A DNA stretch of 64,000 nucleotides, from the NCBI GenBank assembly GCA_964016885.1, contig OZ024750.1, positions 53,692,001-53,756,000 on the forward strand, given 5' to 3'. Every line of letters starts with the position of its first letter. The first letter of the stretch is position 1. The position numbers were made by a program, and so were the translations under genes. The notes beneath the pieces were generated by a model, which was not told the DNA's origin, did no database searches, and worked only from the letters and a program-made list of their open reading frames with translations. Source of the stretch: Eledone cirrhosa. Taxonomy: Eukaryota. Positions 54,196 through 64,000 of this stretch are shown here, in pieces.

Positions 54196-55658
54196 GGATT
54201 GGTATGCCATATATTATATGAACAGGATTGGTATGCCATATATTATATGAACAAGATTGGTATGCCATATATTATATGAACAAGATTGGTATGCCATATA
54301 TTATATGAACAAGATTGGTATGCCATATATTATATGAACAAGATTGGTATGTCATATATTATATGAACAAGATTCGTATGTCATATATTATATGAACAAG
54401 ATTGGTATGCCATATATTATATGAACAAGATTGGTATGCCATATATTATATGAACAAGATTCGTATGTCATATATTATATGAACAGGATTGGTATGTCAT
54501 ATATTATATGAACAAGATTGGTATGCCATATATTATATGAACAAGATTGGTATGCCATATATTATATGAACAAGATTGGTATGTCATATATTATATGAAC
54601 AAGATTGGTATGTCATCTATATATATAAAACTGTGGTTGTCTGTCTGTCTATCGATTTTTGGCACACATCTCCTCTTAGAATCTCTCACGGAATTGCACC
54701 GAAATTGCTATACTTGTACATTGAGCCCTAGCGAAGACATCGGAAAAAAAATAATTTCAAATTGACCCACCCTATGTGACGAAATCGAATATAATGTATC
54801 GATTTTTGAGCGTAAGTGATCAGTTATTTCCCTTTGTTCTGTTTACATTGAGCGTCTGCGTGCAAAAATTAAAAAAATTACGCTGGCTTTCTCAGCGTTT
54901 AAAATGACATTAACACAATACACGATTTAAAGACTACGTAAAACAAGCCTTTTAAAACAATATTTTTACTTGAAAACAAGTCTATTTAAAAACTACTTAA
55001 AACAAGCAAATATTTCGTAAAAAAAAGCAAAAATTATATAAGTTTATATAAAATATATGTATCTGTAAATTTCGTTAGGCGTGCAGACAGACAGTCGTGC
55101 AGAGAGGTGATATAGGCGTGCAGACAGACAGTCGTGCAGAGAGGTGATATAGGCGTGCAGACAGACAGTCGTGCAGAGAGGTGATATAGGCGTGCAGACA
55201 GATAGTCGTGCAGAGAGGTGATATAGGCATGCAGACAGACAGTCGTGCAGAGAGGTGATATAGGCGTGCAGACAGACATAACTGATAATTTGGTTACGCT
55301 AATGTTTTTCTCTGCGTTGCAGTGTTTACATTTTCGATCTTTGTTAATAAATAACCAGTGCAGTTTCTATCCCCAGCATCCTCTTTTGTTATAACATTCG
55401 GGTTATCGTTATGTTTTCTTAACTTCATAAGGCATATTGTTGGTTGAGGGAATATTAATCAAAAACATCACATGCAAGTCTGCACAGTAGACACTACAGT
55501 TTTTAAGCCAAGAAAGAAACTTAACATTGTAACTTTAACACAGCTACTGAGCGACCCCGAGCAACGCCGGGCTTTACTGCTAGTATATTATATGAACAAG
55601 ATTGGTATGCCATATATTATATGAACAGGATTGGTATGCCATATATTATATGAACAAG
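54196..55658. repeat. 29-bp minisatellite (~17 copies) split by a Helitron
   Basis: Unit gattggtatg(c/t)catatattatatgaacaa at 54196-54615, resuming in register at 55584-55658. Confidence 0.93.
54616..55583 (+). mobile_element. Non-autonomous Helitron
   Basis: 5' TC, 3' hairpin cccgagcaacgccggg (55556-55571), terminal CTAG, inserted between A and T, no TSD. Internal 37-bp repeat x5.5 (55076-55277). Confidence 0.9.
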
Positions 55659-55798
55659 TGTACAAACTGAGAAATTTACATTTTAATAAATAAAGGGCTT
55701 ACATAAGGGAAACCTTTTATGTAGATTACTGACATGGAAATGATTGAGAATAGGAATTATATTTTAATAATTTATTTCTAGGATATAATTACATTAAT

Positions 55799-55984
55799 TG
55801 TTTCTACGTTAGGCACAAGGCCAGCAATTACCCAATGTATTACTGGTACTTTATTTTATCGACCCCGTAAGGATGAAAGGCAAAGTCAACCTCGGCGGGA
55901 TTTGAACTCAGATCGTAAAGGGACGTAACTATGCTGGAAAGCATGGCGTCCGACCCTCTACCGATACTGCCAACCACCGCCCTA
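55799..55984 (-). mobile_element. Young SINE with 14-bp TSD
   Basis: TSD ataattacattaat at 55785-55798 and 55985-55998. Confidence 0.9.
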
Positions 55985-56849
55985 ATAATTACATTAATGT
56001 TCTGCATATATCTACAAATGACATACAGGATTAAACTTTGGAGAAACAATTATTTACAGGGACAAATGTTGGGTTAGAAGCAAGGACCTTGTGATTAGAA
56101 AGTGATTTTATTGTAACAACATGACTGAGATAAGAAATACATTGTGTGTGTGAATTTGAGTTACAGACAGATATACATACAAACATACATGGTTATTATT
56201 GTGGTTGATACAATTAACTATTGTTTCTGTGAAAGAGTTGTTTTATTTCAGTCTTCACTGCCTTCATTATACTATATAGGCTAACTAGTAATTACTTTAT
56301 GTCATTAGTTCCAGTTTGGCTTTGATTATTTTCATTAATCTTTAACCAAACACATTTAATACTAGACAATGGCCAAGGAAATGTATATGTATGTTATCTA
56401 CCTATTTATCTGTCTATCTTCCTATCTACCTACCAACTCATGTATCTACCTCATATGTCTGTATTTATTTATCTACCTGTCTGTTTATTTGACTACCTAT
56501 CTACCTGCCTATCTTTCTATCTATCTGTCTATTTGTCTCCCTATCTATCTCCTTATCTGTCTACTTACCTACCTATCTGTCTATCTGTCTATCAGTTTAT
56601 TTGACTACTATCTCAAGTATATTTATTTAGCCCAAGGTTGTGCCTTTATGTTGCCATGTCCTAGATAATCTCAAAGTGAAAACAGACCTGGAGGTGTGTT
56701 GTATTGTTTAAATATCAATAAAACTACAAAAACATTCAATTACTAAACTATTGTGGGAAAATACTTCATCTTCATGTAAAATGTTATAAAGTCATTCTTC
56801 TTCTTACCATCATGATTTTAGTGTTTTATCCAGACATAGATGGATCACC

Positions 56850-57085
56850 TGTATAGCATATTTCCCTTTCATTCTACATTTTTATATCCTAACCATGTCT
56901 TCAATCTGACCACTTTCCATATTTTCTTTAATATCATCTCAGTGTTTGCCAATGTTTCTTCAGCTTTCTTCCACTGGAATCTCTTGGCACCTTTTCACCC
57001 AACAATCATCATCCATGTGCATCACATATCCATACCAGTGCAGTCTTCTCTATTGCACACTGCAACTGTCCTCCTATATCCAGTT
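56850..57085 (-). mobile_element. Old RTE 3' fragment
   Basis: Minus strand RRLHWYGYVMHMDDDCWVKRC. Confidence 0.6.
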
Positions 57086-57545
57086 TTTATATGATAAACT
57101 TATCTGTGACTATCTACAACAGTGTCCTATTGAAACCATGAACACACCTTATAATTGTTAAATAATGTTAGTGAATAATTGTTTTTACATCATTTTTCCT
57201 TCCATGTGTTTTAAAACCAGTTTTGTGTTCCAAGATGTTTCTGAAGTTCCCAGTGTTTCATAACTCAAACTAAATGTTTCCACTTCTTCTTCAGACTCAG
57301 ATCTTCTAAAACGATGATCATTGGCAACCAGAGATTCTTTGATATAATGGTTAAACATTCACGCCAGGTATACAAGGGATTCCTCATATGCATCTCTGTC
57401 TACCTTTTTTCCATCTCCAGGAGTACTTTACTTGATCTTTCCGGCAGTGAACAACTATTATTATAGTTATCTGCATTGTGAATGACTGTACTTTGAAGTT
57501 TCTGAACTGTGTTTATTGATATTATTGTTTTTGTTTCACTTGCAG

Positions 57546-57687
57546 GAAATGGTTGATAGATCCCGTACGTAAGTTAAGTCATAGTAAAATAGAGAAAGGT
57601 GGTCTTGAAAAACACACAGTGCCACCATTTGAAATAAAGGCTGACAGAATACAGAAGAAGACTGTTGCCAACCTCTCAGCCATGAAA
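57546..57687 (+). CDS. Trio: Trio/Kalirin exon with conserved RKWLxxPVRxLS motif (linker before the second GEF domain)
   Basis: Acceptor ttgtttcacttgcag, donor AAA|GTAAGT at 57688. Phase 2 joins the CG of the previous exon to give R-KWLIDPVRKLSHSKIEK...NLSAMK, matching vertebrate RKWLTSPVRRLS. Confidence 0.87.
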
Positions 57688-58069
57688 GTAAGTGCTTCTA
57701 TTCTTTCCTGTCTCCAAAGCAATGCTTCTTACCCTTTATCCTATGTCTTATTGAATGTGCACCACATCAGATGGGGAGCAAAGTTTATATATATATATGC
57801 TAGCATGGAAAATGGATGTTAAATGATGATGTTATATACCATATATGCCGACAAACAAGTCATTTGGAGCCTAAAAATATCTCCAAAACCAGGAGTTGAC
57901 TTGTCTACCAAATATAAACTGTGAACCTCTACCACTGAGGGGTAAACAGTAAAACTGCCTGCCTAACACTTGTTGTACACCACTTACCATAACTCTAACA
58001 GCCCACCACAATTATTTCCTACTGAATCTCATATTTGTTAAGTCTATTTAATGTAGAGATTATAATAAT

Positions 58070-58250
58070 TGTTTCTACTTTTGGCACAAGGCCAGCAATT
58101 ACCCAGTACATTACTGGTACTTTATTTTATCGACCCCGTAAGGATGAAAGGCAAAGTTAACCTTGGCGGGATTTGAACTCTGACCGTAAAGGGACGTATC
58201 TATGCTAGAAAGCATGACGTCCAACCCTCTACCGATACTACCAATCCACC
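58070..58250 (-). mobile_element. Young SINE with 10-bp TSD
   Basis: TSD ttataataat at 58060-58069 and 58251-58260. Confidence 0.9.
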
Positions 58251-58742
58251 TTATAATAATATCAATGACTTATCATAGCTCATAGGGTAGGTTACCATAG
58301 ATTCGGTAAGGCTAGGCTGGTTTACTCAGTGAGTTAGAACTCACTTGCGACTGAGGTGTCTTGGAATTGTTTAAACTATCGGAAAAAACTGTGGTAATTT
58401 CACCTTGAAACAAACTGGCCAAAAATAAAAATGTGTCACCATGTAGATCTGCCATTCACATCAGTTGATGGCCTTCCAGTTGTGCTGAGAACCAGTGAAG
58501 GTCTAACAACTATAATAGTATGGGACAGTAGTAAAAGAAAGAGATGTCCTTGGTATCAACTTATTTCTAGAAATAAGAGAGATATGTCTAAATATATAGG
58601 GTAGGTAGCAATATAAATTACACCAGAAATTAACTCACTTTCCCTTTCAAATTATTCAAAGCTGAATAATTTGGATATCCTATGATATTTTTTCATTGCC
58701 ATGTTGACCCATGTGTGAAATACATTATACATAATTATATGT

Positions 58743-59598
58743 ATACCATTATTGGCCGCTAAAGGGTTCTCTCTAAAAATGAAAGGCAGGCTGTATGATG
58801 CCTGCATACGAACAGCAATGTTACATGGCAGTGAGACCTGGGCATTGTGTGCAGAGGATATATGCAGACTGGAGAGAAACGAAGCTTGCATGCTCCGCTG
58901 GATGTGTAATAGTAATATACGTGAACGGCAAAGCATAAACGAACTAAGAGAGAAATTAGGAATAAGAGGGATCAGATGTTGTTTACTCGAGAGAAGACTA
59001 CGTTGGTACACTCACGTGATGCGCATGAAAGACGACAGCTGTATAAAAAAGTGCAGGGCAATAAAAATAGATGGTAGCCACGGAGTAGGCAGACCCAGAA
59101 AAACCTGGGACGACTTGATAGATTCCGACCTCACACACTTACACCTCTCCAAGACAATGTCACTGGACCGAGATCTTTGGCGCTACACAGTAATAGAGAA
59201 GACCCGCCTTACCTAAGTGCAAAGTGAAACCTACTACAGTTAGTAGGCACCTCTAACAAAATACACCCCGTCCCACTACCCCCACCCCATTCACACCACC
59301 TCTTTCAATGTAAAGTTATGTTGGTACCACAACATCCAGCCCAAAACAAATGAGGTCGTGTAGGTGTCACGACAAAAAAACACAGTCCACGCTGTAATGT
59401 GGCCGTGTAGGTAACATGGTAAAAACCTCCCAGTTCCACACTGTAAATGTGGTTTGTGTTGGGAAGGGCATCCAGCTGTAGAAAACCCGCCAGACAGTCC
59501 TATGCGAGCAAGACAACCACTCTTGCCTCAAGTGGGAAAACTCGCGTCCAAACCCATGCGAGCGTTGAATATGGACGTTAAACGATGATGATGATGAT
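58743..59598 (+). mobile_element. Young 5'-truncated RTE LINE with (GAT)n tail
   Basis: Uninterrupted ORF end 58752-59216, 3' UTR and gatgatgat tail. Confidence 0.92.
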
Positions 59599-59687
59599 AG
59601 TTATACAAATATTTCACAGTTGACTGACCTGTAAATGACTACTTCCTAATGACTAACACCAATATATTCCAGTTATTAATTATAGTT

Positions 59688-59868
59688 TGTGGATTGGCAG
59701 TATCGGTAGAGGGTCGGACGCCATGCTTTCCAGCATAGTTACGTCCCTTTACGATCTGAGTTCAAATCCCGCCGAGGTTGACTTTGCCTTTCATCCTTAC
59801 GGGGTCGATAAAATAAAGTACCAGTAATGCACTGGGTAATTGCTGTCCTTGTGCCTAAAGTAGAAACA
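59688..59868 (+). mobile_element. Young SINE with 13-bp TSD
   Basis: TSD attaattatagtt at 59675-59687 and 59869-59881. Confidence 0.9.
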
Positions 59869-60047
59869 ATTAATTATAGTTGGTGTTTAGGGTGCTGGGC
59901 TCATGATTATAAAGTTAGCTAACATGAGTTCGATTCCTGGACTGAGTGATATGTCCTTGAGTTAGACACTTTATACCTGGACTGAATGATGTGGCCTTGA
60001 GCAAGACACTTTATTCCTGGACTGAGTGATATGTGGTGTCCCTGATG

Positions 60048-60210
60048 GTGGATTGGTAGTATCAGTATGCTTTGTATTTTGAGTTCAAATCCCAGGTTAG
60101 TTTTGCCCTGCATCCTTATGGGGTCAATAAAATAAAGCACCAGCACTACAGCTGACTTAATTGACTTCTCTGCCCCCACAATTGTTGGCCTTGTGCCTAA
60201 ATCAGAAACC
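60048..60210 (+). mobile_element. Older diverged copy of the same SINE
   Basis: gtggattggtagtatcagta..gagttcaaatccc..catccttatggggtcaataaaataaag..ggccttgtgcctaaa. Confidence 0.7.
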
Positions 60211-60659
60211 CTTATTACTACTACTACTTCTACGAAAACACCTTGCCCATGCCTGTACTTTGATGAGGCAAACCCATCCTCCAGCCTCTCACCACATTTA
60301 CTTACAGTCTGGCAGTCGTATGTCATCTCCTTTGTCAGGTCCACTTTCTTGAGGTCATTTTTCACAACTTTCTACCATCTCTTCCTAGGCCTTCTTCTTC
60401 TTCTTCTCCTCCTTCTTCTTCTCCTTCTCCTTCTTCTTCTCCTTCTCCTCCACCTCCTCCTCCTCCTAGAATTATGATGGAAGTTTCTTAGATAAATATG
60501 TGTCAAAGAATGTAATATTTACCATTGAGAAGAAAGAATGGAATGTAAAATAAGAAAATATAAAAATGAAAAAGGAAGGGAAAGACAAGGGCTCTTGTGT
60601 CACAGAGGGAGGGAGAGGATGATAGGGCTCTGGTCCTAGAGCACGGCGGTAATGGGGCT

Positions 60660-61150
60660 GCATCATGCAGACAAGACTGCAAAAGCATTCCCGCAGATAA
60701 TGGCCAGTGACACCCTCAGTAACAGCCACCACACCTCGTGGTGCTCCTTCTTCAGACAGGCTGCCGATGTTCCGATCTTGCGGAGGAGCTCAGCAGCACA
60801 GGGTCCAAGTATGCTTGAGATCTCGACAACAACTGGACCGAACAATCCCCGATATTTGTTTATCATCCTTTCCTTTGCATAGCGAGCCACAGTAGCAGGG
60901 TGAAGCGACTATGTTGGACGTGGAGAATGTGTCACATGTGGTGTCCCAGGGATCTGCCTCCTTCAAATGGGTGATTCCATCGGGGTGCTTGCCGTTTCTT
61001 CAGTCAAGGCCTGCTGGCTCCAGTTGTGATGGGAAGCCAGCTGCGGCCAGGTTCCTTCTCAATATGTAATTGAGAATGTCATGTTTGGGGAACTGGCCTG
61101 TGTTCTGGTGACAAGACAGTGGGTGTAAGCCAAACTTGTCAACTAACTGT
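60660..61150 (-). mobile_element. CRE-clade non-LTR retrotransposon C-terminal (RLE) fragment, decayed
   Basis: VDKFGLHPLSC..KHDILNYILRRNLAAAGFPSQLEPAGLD*RNGKHPDG..WDTTC..PVVVEISSILGP..RVSLAIICGNA, the motif order typical of CRE elements. Confidence 0.72.
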
Positions 61151-61568
61151 AAGTAGAGGTTTGAATTATACATGAGTATATCTTTTACTATATATTTTAC
61201 TTTGCTGATATGAAACTTTCTAGAATGAATCATTTCATTTCTAATTTTTTTGTTCTAGTTTTTACATATTTATGCATTTAGGATTGGTATATTGTTGATG
61301 TTCATTAAGTATGTTAATTAACTATTAACATCCTGTAAATAGTAGAAAATATCTTGTTAGTGGATATATACTGTTACCATCCTGTAAAGTCATAGTGGAG
61401 AAATAACAGGTTGGTCAATTCAAATGTTTATAGCAACTAATGAACAGATCATTGTGTAAAATATTAAAGTTTTTACTTTGATTATGAATATGATGCAGTT
61501 ATAGTTGCTGTACTTTTCAAGAATGTCTTGCTAATGTGGTTTCATGTGATACAGGACATTGAATTAAC

Positions 61569-61667
61569 ATACCTGTACAATACAATCTTACCATGCCTGT
61601 ACAATACTATCTTACTATACCTGTACAATACTATCTTTCCATACCAGTACAATACTATCTTACTATC
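61569..61667 (-). repeat. Short inverted copy (~4 units) of the 23-bp satellite
   Basis: acctgtacaatactatcttac(c/t)at is the reverse complement of the 9955 unit. Confidence 0.85.
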
Positions 61668-62268
61668 ATCATCATCATCATCATCATCATTTAACGTCCA
61701 TCCTCCACGCTAGCATGGGTTTGGACGGGAATTTTCCCACTTGAGGCAAGATTGGTTGTCTTGCTCGTATAGGACTGTCTGGCAGGTTTTATACGGCTGG
61801 ATGCCCTTCCTAACACCAACCACCTGGGAGGTTTTTACCGTGTTACCGACACGGCCACATTACAGCGTGGACTATGTGTTTTTTTTGTCGTGTCACCTAC
61901 ACGACCTCATTTGTTTAGGACTGGATGTTGTGGTACCAACATAACTTTACACCGAGAGGGGTGGAGGTAGTGGGACGGGGGTGTATTTTGTTAGAGGTGC
62001 CTACTGACTGTAGGTTTCGCTTTGCACTTAGGCAAGGCGGGTCTTCTGTATTACTGCGTCGCGCCAAAGATCTCGGTCCAGTGACATTGTCTTGGAGAGG
62101 TGTAAGTGTGTGATGTCGGAATTTATCAAGTCGTCCCAGGTTATTCTGGGTCTGCCTACTCCGTGGCTACCGTCTATTTTGATCGCCCTGCACTTTTTTT
62201 ATACAGCTGTCTTTCATGCGCATCACGTGACCATACCAATGTAGTCTTCTCTAGAGTAAACAGCATCT
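61666..62268 (-). mobile_element. Young RTE LINE 3' fragment
   Basis: (CAT)n tail, 3' UTR and C-terminal codons close to the copies at 51511 and 58743. Confidence 0.88.
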
Positions 62269-62389
62269 GTACCTGTACAATACTATCCAGTCAATTATTG
62301 GTGCAACTGTTGTTTCATGGCTATATTGTACCACAGAATAGATTTTTATTAAATTTACATCTCTCTCTCTTTCTGTTTATATATATATA

Positions 62390-62973
62390 CTAGCAGTAGT
62401 ACCCGGCATTGCACGGGATAAGGCATTGTGAAATATATAACCGCCTTAGCTAAGCTTAGTATTGCCACAACCACGGCTGGCAAAGAAGTAAGGGTCTGGT
62501 GGTACGTAAGTAAGCAACACTGTGGCTTAAAACGTGAGGAAGAAGTTGTGTGCACTTTCCAACTGTTTGGGGAATGAATGTGAGATTTGTCTTGAGCAAG
62601 GGTGGCAGAATAACTGGATGCAGCAGACAGCTAGACATATAAAACAGATATTATAAGGGCGCGTTCTGGACGCAGAGCGAATTGTAGGAAGAGACGTAAT
62701 GCAGACAGCCAGACAGATTTTATAAGGGTGCAACATTATATCTATCTATCTATCTAAAAAGAGAAAGACTAAGAATTATAGAGAGAGATCGCTAAATCGC
62801 CTAATGCGGTCCCTAGGGCTTTGAAAATTTGAAATTTTTTTGCTCAGAACACTCTCTGAAATATAAATATTACATGTGTAAAGTTTGAAAACAGTCGGTT
62901 GGGTGCTTCTCTAGTTTTAGGGATTCAAACTCACACACACACAGACAGACATCCTCAGTTTTATATATATAGA
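62390..62973 (-). mobile_element. Non-autonomous Helitron, second family
   Basis: Minus strand starts TCtatatatataaaactgaggatgtctgtctg and ends with hairpin cccgtgcaatgccggg then CTAG; A|T insertion within (TA)n. Confidence 0.88.
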
Positions 62974-64000
62974 TATATATCCCCAAATCCAAGGCCTTCT
63001 TATTCATGTAGCAGGAACTCCTCCCTGTTTGACCTCCACTGCTTCCTATCTCTAGCTTTATTGGACCATTGCACCATCTTACCTTTGACTTCCCTCTGGT
63101 TCTTCTCCACTGCCTTGGTCCATTCTGTCACTCCAATAGTCCACCTGTTGTCTCTGAGACAAGAGATGTGGCCAGCCAATCAATGTCTCCCCTTCTTAAT
63201 GGTCTCCATTATGTCCTTCACACCTGCTGTCAAATCCAGGTGTTGCTCTTCCTGTTACATACAACATTAGAACAAAACACTTGCAAGTATTCAGAGCAGG
63301 TCTCCTGTTTGTGTACCTTCATGTCACCCATCTTTGAGGCACCGAATAGGGCCATGGGCATTGCCCTTCCTTCTCAGAAGTGGACAGATCAGTGTGAATA
63401 TTTTAGTATTAAGATAGTGGCTTTAATGTTTAATATGATGTAGTCAGAATACTGTTCACGGCTGTCTTATACATAAGGTTGAACCTGGGCTTATCACTAT
63501 GTTGTGGCACTGCTACCTGTGGTTGTGGGGTGAAAGATTGCAGTGCCAGAGGTAGGCCTGAAATAAGTAAAAGCCTAGGGGGACGGCCATAGGTTGATAT
63601 GGACCATGTGCTTTTTTGTACTTTTTAAGAAACGTCTTAATGCAATGTTGTGTGGTACAGGACATTAAGAGTTAATGTGAATGTTGTAAAAGACAGAATT
63701 GTGTGTTGCCTGTGTGTTTATTTCTTACTTAGCCCTTTAATGTTCAAACTAGCCAAATCCTGCCAGAATTCTCTACCATTTTCTGTTGAAACTGGCTGTA
63801 ACTGGTCACTCAAACTGATGTTAAGGTATTGTTCTCAAAATAAATACTTTCAAAATCTCAGATTCGATATTATGTGAGATAAAACATTTACCAAGAAAAT
63901 ACAATAGTATATATAGAGTAAAGTGAATGCTAAAGGGTTAGATGTCTCTTTGTCATTTTACTCACACACAGGTAAATGTAATTTAGACACCAGAAAAAAA

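Overview
AT-rich, repeat-saturated animal genomic DNA. The microsatellite load and the SINE, RTE and Helitron content look like an octopus or other coleoid genome, but that is inference, not a database match. The only host gene I can support is a + strand Trio/Kalirin (UNC-73) family RhoGEF. It has three phase-compatible exons: an SH3 exon (24191-24446), a Ser-rich linker exon (25732-25831) and the 'RKWLIDPVRKLS' exon (57546-57687). They are separated by introns of 1.3 kb and 31.7 kb, and no earlier exon was recognised in the first 24 kb. The rest is intronic: three multi-kb minisatellites (23 bp, 21-to-27 bp, 20 bp), several smaller arrays, a young tRNA-type SINE with TSDs, young and old RTE LINE fragments, R4/Dong and CRE fragments, and two non-autonomous Helitrons. 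All ORFs over 300 aa are tandem-repeat artefacts. I cannot demonstrate a new biological system. The best leads are candidate alternative Trio exons, sense-strand satellites built from splice-donor-like units, competing inverted repeats around one exon, and a satellite-carrying dispersed element.
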